Assembly: GCA_033723415.1 (NCBI GenBank)
Contig: JAWVXD010000008.1
Location: forward strand, 32,188-96,187
Reading direction: 5' to 3'
Source of the DNA: Sulfurospirillaceae bacterium
GTDB taxonomy: Bacteria > Campylobacterota > Campylobacteria > Campylobacterales > Sulfurospirillaceae
Length of the DNA stretch: 64,000 nt
In this document: positions 50,154-60,136 of the stretch, piece after piece
How the letters are laid out: each line of letters opens with the position of its first letter
Position numbering within the stretch: the first letter of the stretch is position 1
The notes under the pieces: generated by a model
Seen by the model: the letters and a program-made list of their open reading frames with translations, nothing else
The model's database searches: none
What the model was told of the DNA's origin: nothing
Made by a program: the position numbers and the translations under genes

Positions 50154-51447
50154 ATAGATTTAATCCTCTTTCACCGTGAATTGCTTCATCAAGACCGACT
50201 GATTCAGTCTCTTCATCAACTCTTCCACCACCAGTTATAGCTGAAGCTATTAGATAAACTACAATAGTTCCTATCAAAGTAAATATAGCAACTATAGCAG
50301 CAGATTCAAGTTGAACCAAAACCTGTCCAAGTCTGTCACCGCTTGCTTTAAGTGGTCCATCCCAGAGTAAATCTTTATTGTTTAGAGCAAAGATACCGGT
50401 TGCGATCGCACCCCATAAACCAACTAAGAAGTGAATTCCGAAAGCATCCAAACTGTCATCGTATCCAAATATTTTCTTCAAAGTTGAAACACCGAAGTGT
50501 CCTACAAATGATCCTACGATTCCTATGATAAAAGCTCCACCTACGCCAACAAAGCCAGCAGCCGGAGTTATTGCTACAAGACCAGCTACGACACCAGAAG
50601 CAGCACCAAGAAGTGTAGGTTTTTTATAAATGAACCACTCAATTATTATCCAAGTAACAGCTGCAGCAGCAGTTGCTATTGTTGTTGTAAGAGCAGCAAG
50701 TCCTGCTATAGCGTTTGCGCCAAATGCAGATCCTGCATTAAATCCATACCATCCGAACCATAGAAGTGCAGCACCAAGAGCCGTCAACATAACGCTCATA
50801 GGTTTCATTGCAAGAGTAGGGTATCCTGTTCTTTTTCCTACGAAGTATGCAAGTACCAGACCTGCAAGACCACCGTTCATATGTACGACAGTACCACCGG
50901 CAAAGTCAAGAGCTCCAAGTTGCATAAGGTATCCACCACCCCACACCATGTGAGCAACAGGCGCGTAAACTACGATTGTCCAAATAGCTGCGAAGATTAA
51001 CCAAGTAGAAAACTTCATACGGTCTATAATAGATCCACTTGCAAGTGCTACGGTAATAGCAGCAAATGTTCCTTGGAAAAATACAAATACATATGTAGGA
51101 TATGTACCACTAAGGTCAGAGTATTTTATACCGTTTAAAAATAGACTTGAAAAGCCGCCCATTATGTTGTTTAATCCGCCGGATGCTGTGCCAAATGCAA
51201 CAGAGTATCCTGCTATGATCCATACGACAAATGCAACAGCAAAACCAACAAATACCATTGAGTATGTGTTTAGTATATTTTTAGATCTTGTCATTCCACC
51301 GTAAAATAGTGCAAGACCAGCAGGAGTCATTAATAATACTAAAGCACTAGACATAATCATCCATGCCGTATCACCGGTATCCAATTTGTCACCAGCCAAA
51401 GCCAAAGTCGGCAAAAGTAGCAAAGTAGGCAAAAACCATTTTTTCAT
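50152..51447 (-). CDS. amtB: Ammonium transporter
   Basis: GDTAW, GLALFYGG, DFAGGTVVH, LWFGWYGFN, AGLVAITP, DDSLDAFGIH. Confidence 0.98.
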   Translation of the reverse strand: MKKWFLPTLLLLPTLALAGDKLDTGDTAWMIMSSALVLLMTPAGLALFYGGMTRSKNILNTYSMVFVGFAVAFVVWIIAGYSVAFGTASGGLNNIMGGFSSLFLNGIKYSDLSGTYPTYVFVFFQGTFAAITVALASGSIIDRMKFSTWLIFAAIWTIVVYAPVAHMVWGGGYLMQLGALDFAGGTVVHMNGGLAGLVLAYFVGKRTGYPTLAMKPMSVMLTALGAALLWFGWYGFNAGSAFGANAIAGLAALTTTIATAAAAVTWIIIEWFIYKKPTLLGAASGVVAGLVAITPAAGFVGVGGAFIIGIVGSFVGHFGVSTLKKIFGYDDSLDAFGIHFLVGLWGAIATGIFALNNKDLLWDGPLKASGDRLGQVLVQLESAAIVAIFTLIGTIVVYLIASAITGGGRVDEETESVGLDEAIHGERGLNL

Positions 51448-51591
51448 CTTTTCTCCTTTTATTTTAAGTTAAGAAAATTCTATCAAATAAATGAGCACAA
51501 ATTTTAGAAAAGTTGATTAAAATTTAATCACAATATGAAATCCTTATAATATGTTATAATATAGTTTAACATAAAAATAATTGGATAAATT

Positions 51592-54500
51592 TTGAAAATA
51601 GAAGAATTGATTAAAGAAAAAGTATTGGTCATAGATGGGGCAATGGGGACTCAGATACAAGCATCAGATATACCAAAAGAGGCTTGGAGCGGCTCACTAG
51701 AAGGCTGCAATGAGTTGCTAAACTCGACTTGCCAAGATGTTATAAAAAGTATTCATAGAGGATATCTTAAAGCAGGAGCTGATATTATAAAGACAAATAC
51801 CTTCGGTGCTCTTCCTTGGGTATTGGACGATTATGATATTAGTGATAGAACTTATGAGTTGGCAAAAAAAGGTGCATTGATCGTAAAAACGCTATGTAAT
51901 GAGTTTAGCACAAATGAGAATCCTAGATTTTGTGCCGGAGCATTAGGACCTGGAACAAAACTACCTTCTTTAGGTCATATCGAATATGATGACATGTATG
52001 AAGGGTATAAGATCTCAGCTGCCGGATTGATCGATGGCGGAATCGATCTGTTCTTGATAGAAACTGCTCAAGACCCATTGCAAATAAAAGCAGCACTTCA
52101 TGCGATCTCGGACATGCAAAAAGAAAAAAGCGTAAAACTCCCTATAATGGTCTCAGCAACGATTGAACTATCAGGAACGATGCTTATAGGCACTGATGCT
52201 ACTACTATAGCCACGATACTTGAGCCGTTTGATATATTTAGTTTAGGATTTAACTGCGGTACCGGGCCGGAGCAAATAGAAAAACATGTAAAAACACTAA
52301 GTGAGGTATGGGGTAAACCTATAAGTGTGCATGCAAATGCAGGATTACCTCAAAATAGGGGTGGGCATACTTTCTATCCTATGGGCCCTGATGAGTTTGC
52401 AAAACTTCAAATGGGTTTTTTACAGTACAATGGTGTAAGTATATTAGGAGGATGTTGTGGAACGACACCTCAACATATATTAGAACTTTCAAAAAAAGTT
52501 AAAGGGAAGAAACCTCTTGCTTCAACAGGCAGTTATCCGACTTCTATAGCTTCTTTGTTTGAAACGAGAACTATAAAACAGGATCCTGCACCTTTTTTGG
52601 TGGGTGAGCGTTCAAACTCTACAGGTTCAAAAGCCTTTAGAGAATTGCTTTTAAGTGAAGATTATGATGGAACTTTGTCTGTTGGGCAGCAGCAAGTCAG
52701 AAGCGGAGCTCACGGCATAGACGTAAGTGTCGGATTTGCAGGACGTGATGAGAGTAAAGATATGAAAGAGGTCATTAGTAGATATACGCAAAAGATCTCA
52801 TTGCCGCTTATGCCTGATACAACACAGTTAAATGCATTAGAAGTTGCTCTGAAACATATAGGTGGAAAACCGATCATAAACTCTGTCAATCTTGAAGATG
52901 GCATCGAAAAGTTTGACAAAGTCTGCTCACTTGCAAAACGATTTGGTTGTTCACTTGTGTGTTTGACTATAGATGAACAAGGTATGGCAAAAACAAAAGA
53001 GCAAAAAATCCAAATAGCGCAGAGAATCTATGATCTCGCGACACAAAAACATGGGTTAAATCCACATGACCTAGTCTTTGATCTTCTTACCTTTACGGTT
53101 GGAAGTGGAGATGAAGAGTATTTTACGGCAGCGATTGATGTCATAGAAGCTATAAAAGAGTTTCATGCGATGCATCCTGAAGTAGGTTTTGTGCTCGGTG
53201 TATCAAATATATCTTTCGGTTTGGCGAAGAATGCGAGAGAATATCTGAACTCCGTATTCTTGTATCACTGTGTGCAAGCAGGGTTAAGTATGGCGATCGT
53301 CAATGTTAAAAATACTATTCCTATGCACAAGATCAGTGATGAACAGCGCAAAGTTTGTGAAGATCTTCTATTTAATAACAGAAGCGAAGGTGATCCTCTT
53401 TTCAAATTTATCGACTATTTTGCCGATGTCAAAGAGACTAATCAAGATGAAGAAGATGCAGCATATTTAAAGCTCAGTGATGAGGAAAAGCTGGCAAAAT
53501 TACTGATCGATGGTGATAAAGATAGGATGATGCCTCTCTTGGAGCGCGTCAAAGATACTATAGCCCCTGAGATCATCGTTAACAAGATATTGATCGATGC
53601 GATGAAAGTGGTCGGTGAGCTTTTTGGAAGCGGACAGATGCAGCTGCCTTTCGTGCTTCAATCTGCTGAGGTCATGAAAGCCAGTGTTGATTTTCTCAAT
53701 CCCTATCTGCCAAAAGTGGACAAAGCGAGTGAGACGACACTGGTGCTTGGTACGGTTAAAGGCGATGTACATGACGTGGGTAAGAATCTTGTGGATATAA
53801 TCCTCTCAAATAACGGTTTTAAAGTTGTAAATATCGGTATCAAAGCAGATATTGATGATTTTATCAAGACTTACAATGAACATCAAGCCAGTGCGATCGG
53901 TATGAGCGGGTTGCTTGTCAAATCAACGGCAGTCATGAAGGAAAATTTGGAAAAATTACAATCTATCGGTCTTAAAGTTCCTATTTTACTAGGAGGTGCG
54001 GCTTTGACGGATAACTTTGTGGAAGATTTTTGCCGACCGATTTATGATGGACCGATTTTTTACTGTAAAGATGCCTTTGAGGGAATCGAAGCGATGAGCA
54101 GGATCGAAAAAGGAAATTTCAATACCGATTTTGAGCGCAGAAAACTTGATGAAGATATTGTCAAAGTCGAAAAGAAAAAAGTTGTCATGCCTCCTTATGA
54201 AGAGATCAAGATGCCAAGTCGTGATGTTGTGATCCCGACACCTCCTTTTTGGGGAAGAAGGGTACTTCAAGCAGATGTCAAACAGATCGCATATGAGTGG
54301 ATCAATCATAAGATCCTCTTTTCGCGTGCTTGGGGATACAGCGGTAAAGGAATGAGCCGCGAAGAGAAGCAAAAACAGCGAGATGATGTTTTGTGGCCAC
54401 TTTATGAGCGCTTAAAAACGGACATCGAGAAGATGGATCTGTTTGATCCGACTATTATATATGGATATTATCCTTGTCGAAGTGATGAAAACAAGCTTCA

Positions 54501-55059
54501 TATTTTAAATACTGATAGAGGATATTTTAGTCAAAGTGAGGTAAACACCGAAGCCTTGAATCAGAGTGACATCACCCATACGCTAGATTTCCCAAGACAA
54601 GAACGCAAGCCATTTCGATGTCTAAGTGATTTTTTTACATCCGAGAGAGATGATGTCGTAGCATTTACCTGTGTGAGCGCAGGGAGTAGATTTAGTGAGT
54701 ATGAAAAAGAACTTTATGCAAAAGGTAACTTCAAAGAGTATCATATCGTGCATGGACTAAGCATAGAACTTGCAGAAGCTTTGGCAGAAATAGCACATAA
54801 ACAGATACGATTGGATCTTGGGATCGCCCAAAATGAAGGACATGCCCTCAAAGATGTTCAGATGAGAGCATATCAGGGCTGTCGCTACTCTTTTGGATAT
54901 CCTGCTTGTCCGGAACTTAGCGATTCAAAAGTGATCTTTGATCTGTTGAAGCCGGAAGAGTTTGGAATAGAACTTAGCGAGACATACCAAATCCATCCGG
55001 AACAAAGTACTACAGCTATGGTAGTTCATCATAGAGAAGCACTCTATTTTAGTATCTAA
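51592..55059 (+). CDS. metH: Cobalamin-dependent methionine synthase
   Basis: DGAMGT, GFNC and GGCCG Zn ligands, pterin domain (VGERSN), MQLPFVLQSAE, DVHDVGKN B12 motif, RYSFGYPACP activation domain. Confidence 0.97.
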   Translation: MKIEELIKEKVLVIDGAMGTQIQASDIPKEAWSGSLEGCNELLNSTCQDVIKSIHRGYLKAGADIIKTNTFGALPWVLDDYDISDRTYELAKKGALIVKTLCNEFSTNENPRFCAGALGPGTKLPSLGHIEYDDMYEGYKISAAGLIDGGIDLFLIETAQDPLQIKAALHAISDMQKEKSVKLPIMVSATIELSGTMLIGTDATTIATILEPFDIFSLGFNCGTGPEQIEKHVKTLSEVWGKPISVHANAGLPQNRGGHTFYPMGPDEFAKLQMGFLQYNGVSILGGCCGTTPQHILELSKKVKGKKPLASTGSYPTSIASLFETRTIKQDPAPFLVGERSNSTGSKAFRELLLSEDYDGTLSVGQQQVRSGAHGIDVSVGFAGRDESKDMKEVISRYTQKISLPLMPDTTQLNALEVALKHIGGKPIINSVNLEDGIEKFDKVCSLAKRFGCSLVCLTIDEQGMAKTKEQKIQIAQRIYDLATQKHGLNPHDLVFDLLTFTVGSGDEEYFTAAIDVIEAIKEFHAMHPEVGFVLGVSNISFGLAKNAREYLNSVFLYHCVQAGLSMAIVNVKNTIPMHKISDEQRKVCEDLLFNNRSEGDPLFKFIDYFADVKETNQDEEDAAYLKLSDEEKLAKLLIDGDKDRMMPLLERVKDTIAPEIIVNKILIDAMKVVGELFGSGQMQLPFVLQSAEVMKASVDFLNPYLPKVDKASETTLVLGTVKGDVHDVGKNLVDIILSNNGFKVVNIGIKADIDDFIKTYNEHQASAIGMSGLLVKSTAVMKENLEKLQSIGLKVPILLGGAALTDNFVEDFCRPIYDGPIFYCKDAFEGIEAMSRIEKGNFNTDFERRKLDEDIVKVEKKKVVMPPYEEIKMPSRDVVIPTPPFWGRRVLQADVKQIAYEWINHKILFSRAWGYSGKGMSREEKQKQRDDVLWPLYERLKTDIEKMDLFDPTIIYGYYPCRSDENKLHILNTDRGYFSQSEVNTEALNQSDITHTLDFPRQERKPFRCLSDFFTSERDDVVAFTCVSAGSRFSEYEKELYAKGNFKEYHIVHGLSIELAEALAEIAHKQIRLDLGIAQNEGHALKDVQMRAYQGCRYSFGYPACPELSDSKVIFDLLKPEEFGIELSETYQIHPEQSTTAMVVHHREALYFSI

Positions 55060-55131
55060 TAGTATAATTTAAAATAATCGTTGAGTACTTTGCTTTAGTC
55101 TCGACGGTTATGTACTATTTATAAATTATCC

Positions 55132-55177
55132 TTGACATCATAAAAATTTTAGTGTATCATTTCATTTGTATGTACAA
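55132..55177 (+). promoter_or_regulatory. sigma70 promoter and candidate MarR operator
   Basis: TTGACA-N17-TATCAT followed by the palindrome TTGTA-TG-TACAA (55166-55177). Confidence 0.65.
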
Positions 55178-55191
55178 GCAAAGGATATAAT

Positions 55192-55632
55192 GTGCCAAAT
55201 GTTAAATGCGAAGATTATCTTGATTGTTGTTTATATTTTGTCGGAAATACATTGAGTAGAGTGATCACAAAGATGACAGAAGAGGTATTTATGCCAACAG
55301 GGCTTGCACCTTCATATGCATTTTTGTTGATGATAGTAAATGAAAGCGATGGGATTACACAAAATGAACTGGCAGATAAGCTCAACATCTCGCCATCAAC
55401 CGTTAGTAGATTTTTGGACAAATTGATAGTAAAAAAGTTAGTTGAGAAAAAGATAGACGGTAAGGCAACTGTTGTTTTGAAAACAAAAAAATCTTTGGAA
55501 CTCCAACCGATCATAAAAGCTTCCTGGAAAAATCTCTATCAAAGATACAGTGAAATATTAGGAGATGACTTTGCTATGCAACTTACAAAAGATATGGCAA
55601 AAGCCAATCAAATGTTAAAATCAATCGACTGA
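55192..55632 (+). CDS. MarR-family transcriptional regulator with Cys-rich N-terminus
   Basis: CCLYF, GITQNELADKLNISPSTVSRFLDKL winged HTH. Confidence 0.92.
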   Translation: MPNVKCEDYLDCCLYFVGNTLSRVITKMTEEVFMPTGLAPSYAFLLMIVNESDGITQNELADKLNISPSTVSRFLDKLIVKKLVEKKIDGKATVVLKTKKSLELQPIIKASWKNLYQRYSEILGDDFAMQLTKDMAKANQMLKSID

Positions 55633-55686
55633 TGTGTGGGTTGATCTTAGTATTTTAGTAAATTTATAGATAAAGAGAGGATATAG

Positions 55687-56247
55687 ATGAAAAAAGTTTT
55701 AGTGATAGCAGCACATCCGCAGCTTGATAACGGTTCTTTGGCAAATAAAATCATATGTGATGAATTATCTTCAGTAGAAGGTATAGAGATTAGAAAAATT
55801 GCGCAAATGTACCCTGATTTTAAGATTGATGTTGCAGCAGAACAAAAAGCATTGTTAGGTGCTGATATTGTGATCTTTCAATTTCCTTTTTACTGGTATA
55901 GCGTTCCTGGAATTTTAAAAGAGTGGATAGATCAAGTCTTTTCATACGGTTTTGCTTACGGTACGGGTGGAGATAAATTAAAAGGAAAAGAGTTTGTCTT
56001 ATCTGTGACCATAGGGGGACCAAAAGAAGCTTATAGTAAAGAGGGTTACAATCATTTTAGCATTGAAGAACTTTTGAAACCTCTTGAGCAAACCTCTTTA
56101 TTGACCGGTATGAAGTTTAATGAGACGATCCGTACGCACTCTATGATCTTTATAGAAGGTGTTTATAACGTTAAAGAAGAGGTCGTTCAAAGAGCCAAGA
56201 ATCATGCTTTGGAAGTGAAGCATTTTATAGCTTCAAAATCTTCCTAA
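55687..56247 (+). CDS. Flavodoxin-like NAD(P)H oxidoreductase (KefF/KefG/MdaB family)
   Basis: VIAAHP, DVAAEQKALL, FQFPFYWYSVP, LKEWIDQVF, GFAYG. Confidence 0.92.
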   Translation: MKKVLVIAAHPQLDNGSLANKIICDELSSVEGIEIRKIAQMYPDFKIDVAAEQKALLGADIVIFQFPFYWYSVPGILKEWIDQVFSYGFAYGTGGDKLKGKEFVLSVTIGGPKEAYSKEGYNHFSIEELLKPLEQTSLLTGMKFNETIRTHSMIFIEGVYNVKEEVVQRAKNHALEVKHFIASKSS

Positions 56248-57080
56248 TGCCCTCGTCCCAACATTTCATTTGCTTCAGCAATGATTAAGAATGCTTCCGG
56301 ATCATTTTCTTTTATCAATTCTCTTAGGTGTTGAAGTTTAGTTACTTCGACAACTATGAGGATTATGGTTTTCTTTTCATCATATAATCCATCACCTGTT
56401 ATAATCGTTCCATATTGTCCAAGTTCTTCTCTTATCCTTACTTTTAAAAGATCCGCTTTTTCTGTTACTATATTGACCATCTTTTTATTTAGATTACCGG
56501 TTAAGACCATGTCAATCACTCTGGATGAGATGTATATACTGACAACACTCCATAAGACTTTTGCATTGTCATGCAAGACAAATAAAGCAGAAATAACAAT
56601 ACAAAGATCAATGAACAATAAAACCTTGCCAGGTTTTATCTCAGAATTTGAAGAAACTATTCTAGCTATGATGGTCGATCCTCCGGCACTTGAGTTTCCT
56701 TTGATTATCAGTGCCAACCCTATACCTACAAAAAGACCTCCGAATATAGCTGCCAGGATTGTATCATTCACAAAGGCACCGACATGAAAAAAGTTGATCA
56801 AAGTGTCTATGAAAAATGAGATCAGTAATATAGAAATAATCGTCCTGATAGCAAACATCTTCCCTAAATATTTGATACCTATTATAAGCAGAGGGATATT
56901 TATCGCAATCATTAGCGTACCTATGCTCAGTGGTGTGATATAGTGAAGTAAAAGTGAAAGGCCTGCAGTACCGCCTGTAACTATGTGGTTTGGCGCAAAA
57001 AACCATACCACGCCAAATGCCAGAACTAGAGCACCAGCCAAAATATATATATAATTTTTAAATTCTTGTGTCATTTTCAT
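56244..57080 (-). CDS. YitT/DUF161-family membrane protein
   Basis: TGGTAGL, INIPL, SSAGGS repeats; C-terminal DPEAF (DUF2179-like). Confidence 0.9.
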   Translation of the reverse strand: MKMTQEFKNYIYILAGALVLAFGVVWFFAPNHIVTGGTAGLSLLLHYITPLSIGTLMIAINIPLLIIGIKYLGKMFAIRTIISILLISFFIDTLINFFHVGAFVNDTILAAIFGGLFVGIGLALIIKGNSSAGGSTIIARIVSSNSEIKPGKVLLFIDLCIVISALFVLHDNAKVLWSVVSIYISSRVIDMVLTGNLNKKMVNIVTEKADLLKVRIREELGQYGTIITGDGLYDEKKTIILIVVEVTKLQHLRELIKENDPEAFLIIAEANEMLGRGH

Positions 57081-57086
57081 ATAATA

Positions 57087-57446
57087 TTATCTTTTTTTAA
57101 ATTTAAGAGATATAGAATTAACGCAATGTCTTGTATTTTTTGGAGTAAAACCTTCACCGACAAATACATGACCCAAGTGAGCGCCACAAGCTTTGCATGT
57201 GATCTCTGTCCTTCTACCATCGCTATCTATAGTTTCATTTACCGCACCCTCAATAGCATCATCAAAGCTTGGCCAACCACAGCCTGATTTGAATTTTGAA
57301 TTTGAGGTAAATAGAGAGGCGTCACATCTTTTACAAAGGTAAACGCCATCTTCATAAAAGCTGTCATATTCTCCGGAATATGGCATCTCTGTACCTTTAT
57401 CGAGAATTACTCTTTCTTCTTCAGGTGATAGTTTATTAAATTGCAT
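57087..57446 (-). CDS. msrB: Methionine-R-sulfoxide reductase
   Basis: [44 protein letters not shown]; start set at ATG 57446 behind an AAGG SD. Confidence 0.95.
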   Translation of the reverse strand: MQFNKLSPEEERVILDKGTEMPYSGEYDSFYEDGVYLCKRCDASLFTSNSKFKSGCGWPSFDDAIEGAVNETIDSDGRRTEITCKACGAHLGHVFVGEGFTPKNTRHCVNSISLKFKKR

Positions 57447-57541
57447 TTTATACCTTTTGGTTATAGTTTTCTTGAATTGTATCATAATTCTTAAGGCATA
57501 TTTGAGTAAAATTTGAACTCAAATTAATCTTAGGAGAAAAA

Positions 57542-59560
57542 ATGAAAAATCCAAAAGGATTTCGTGGGAAGTATTTTTCACTTGCTGCTATCCTTGCCGT
57601 GAGCACGACTGTAACGTTGGCGAGTTCAACTCAAAGTTACGCAGATTCACTCAATCAAGCTCAAAAGCAAGACGTTTACAGTGAAAGTGAAGAAGAGACG
57701 CCCCCGCAAGAATTGGCGCCGGTTGTCGTTATATCAAAGGATATCAAAGTTAAATCTCTGAATGCACCTTTTGCATCGGAAATCTACACAAACGCTCAGA
57801 TCAAAAGAGCAAACTCTCAAAACTTATATGATTTTCTAAATACTCAAACTTCAATTTCAACCATGCCGAGTTTTGGCAATCAATTTACTCAAAAGCTGGA
57901 TCTAAGAGGTTATGGCATCGAAAATGGCTATGAAAACATAGTGGTAAATGTTGATGGGAAAAGGTTGAACAATATTGATTTAACTCCGCAACTCTTATCT
58001 TCGATTCCGATTGATGATATCAAAAGGATCGAGATCATCAAAGGTTCAGGTTCCGTAGAGTACGGTGATGGCGCCAATGCAGGCGTGATCAACATTATCA
58101 CAAAAAATCATACGGGAATCGGGATTAAGACTTATGTGGGAAGTGACGGATTACGATACGGTTCATTGGCTCTTGGTATCAAAAAAGATAAATTTTCAAT
58201 TAGTGGCTATGTTGATGATTTGGCAAGTGACGGGGAGAAGCAAATATCAAATGATGGCACAAAAAACGATAGCTGGAGTCGAAACAAAGGTTTAAAAGGA
58301 ACTTTTTCACCGATAGTAAATTTGACGTTCAATTTGGGCAAAACCTTTTCAAAAATGCAGTTTAAATACCCAAATGCCCTGACACTAGCGCAATATAATC
58401 AAAGTCCAAACAGTATCCCAAATCCTAGCTGGGGGGTTGATTACTCGGAACAGTATCTATCTTCCGATGTTCTAAGTTACGGTGCAAAATATCAGCTAAA
58501 TAGCAAAATTGCACTTGATCTGCAAGGCACAAATGAAGATAAAGTTTCAAATTTTATTACCTATCATTCGATCAATAACTATAACTATAAAACGTATGAA
58601 GCCAAGATGAACTACACGGGTGATGAAATAAACAGCGTGTTTGGAGTTCAAAAGTTTGACGGCAAACGATTTAATACTTCAAAAACCACTCAAAAAAACA
58701 ATGTTGGTTACTATGCCAAGGCCAATTACAAAAAAGGTAACAGTCTCTTTTCATTTGGAGTGCGAGGTGAAAGTGTGGATTATCGATATGATACCGTTAC
58801 GGTTGCACTTCATGATCGTTACTTTTTACAAGCATACGATTTAGGATACAACTATGAATTTGACAAGATTTCATCTCTTTTTGTCAATCTAAATCAATCA
58901 TTTCAAGCACCAGATATAGACAGATTTTTCAATGCGTTTACCAATACGTTCAACGGCTTCATCAAACCTATGAAAGTACAAACTCTCAATGTCGGATACA
59001 ACTATCTTGGATATCCAAATAAATTTAAAGCTTCTGCATTTTATTCTAAGATCAAAGATGAGATTTACTATAACGGTGCGACTTATACCAATACGAACTT
59101 GGATAAAACGAGAAAATACGGCTTTGAAATTTTTGAAAAATATAGTATTTTTTACAATCTAGCGCTCAGTCTCAATTACTCTTTTGTCAAAACAAAGATC
59201 GTAGCAGACAGTTCAAATCCAGCTATTGTGGGCAATGAAATACCGGGAGTCCCTGAGCACAATGTCAAAGTGTCTCTAGCGTATCATCCGACATATCGGA
59301 CATATCTGGTACTTTCTCATATATATAAGTCAAAAGCATATGCTATGAGTGACTTTAAACAGGTCTTAGGAAAAATGTCATCATATAACTCTACAGATAT
59401 GTCAGTAACATATAATTACAAACAATTTCGATATTTTGCTAAAATAAACAATATTTTCGGCAGAAAAAACGCTCTGTTCGCATATGATGGATATAATCTA
59501 GGTATATATCCAGTAAATTTTGAGCGAAGCTTTATGATAGGGATGAGTGCAAGATTTTGA
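57542..59560 (+). CDS. TonB-dependent outer membrane receptor
   Basis: Signal peptide, plug domain (LDLRGYG...IKRIEIIKGSGSVEYG...GVINIIT), beta-barrel, terminal Phe. Confidence 0.93.
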   Translation: MKNPKGFRGKYFSLAAILAVSTTVTLASSTQSYADSLNQAQKQDVYSESEEETPPQELAPVVVISKDIKVKSLNAPFASEIYTNAQIKRANSQNLYDFLNTQTSISTMPSFGNQFTQKLDLRGYGIENGYENIVVNVDGKRLNNIDLTPQLLSSIPIDDIKRIEIIKGSGSVEYGDGANAGVINIITKNHTGIGIKTYVGSDGLRYGSLALGIKKDKFSISGYVDDLASDGEKQISNDGTKNDSWSRNKGLKGTFSPIVNLTFNLGKTFSKMQFKYPNALTLAQYNQSPNSIPNPSWGVDYSEQYLSSDVLSYGAKYQLNSKIALDLQGTNEDKVSNFITYHSINNYNYKTYEAKMNYTGDEINSVFGVQKFDGKRFNTSKTTQKNNVGYYAKANYKKGNSLFSFGVRGESVDYRYDTVTVALHDRYFLQAYDLGYNYEFDKISSLFVNLNQSFQAPDIDRFFNAFTNTFNGFIKPMKVQTLNVGYNYLGYPNKFKASAFYSKIKDEIYYNGATYTNTNLDKTRKYGFEIFEKYSIFYNLALSLNYSFVKTKIVADSSNPAIVGNEIPGVPEHNVKVSLAYHPTYRTYLVLSHIYKSKAYAMSDFKQVLGKMSSYNSTDMSVTYNYKQFRYFAKINNIFGRKNALFAYDGYNLGIYPVNFERSFMIGMSARF

Positions 59561-60123
59561 AAGCAATCAATATAAGATACTATTTGTATTACAAATTTTT
59601 CAATTCACTATTTTTAGGACTAAGCGTGGGGAGTGTATTTGTATTATACACTCCTCTCCAGCCTTCGATCTTTTCTTTAGGTGGTATTTTCTTGGCTCTT
59701 GGAATGTTATTTCTTGCGAAAATTTACTATAAGATTATGAATATAAGATCGTTTTTTTATATAACACTTTTTGTAGAAGTAGCCGTATTAGCCTTTGTCT
59801 GGGCATTTTTGATCTTAAATTACTCATATCAGAGTGCCTTGTTGGTTTATATCGGTTATCAACTCACTTTTGTTTTCGGCAGTTATCTGGTGAGGATGGA
59901 AACTATAGCGCTTCACAAAACTCAGGTACTTTCTTGGGCTGATACAATGAAACAAAAAGGATATCTCGCTGGATTAGTATTTTCGTATGTATTTTATAAA
60001 ATTTTAGACTATTTTCACATTGAAAATAAACAAATTCAAGTTTATGACTTGTATATATTGCTTTTGCTACTTGAATTAGGTATCATTTTTACTGTTTTCA
60101 AGGCATTTGTTTTAAAAAAATAA
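59557..60123 (+). CDS. Hypothetical integral membrane protein (about 6 TM, half-MFS-like)
   Basis: TTG start overlaps the receptor TGA; strongly hydrophobic with about 6 segments. Confidence 0.78.
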   Translation: MKAINIRYYLYYKFFNSLFLGLSVGSVFVLYTPLQPSIFSLGGIFLALGMLFLAKIYYKIMNIRSFFYITLFVEVAVLAFVWAFLILNYSYQSALLVYIGYQLTFVFGSYLVRMETIALHKTQVLSWADTMKQKGYLAGLVFSYVFYKILDYFHIENKQIQVYDLYILLLLLELGIIFTVFKAFVLKK

Positions 60124-60136
60124 AAAAGGAAAGAAG

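Noticed and set aside
51448..51591. SAM or cobalamin riboswitch upstream of metH
   Set aside because: Short, extremely AT-rich spacer with no riboswitch core sequences
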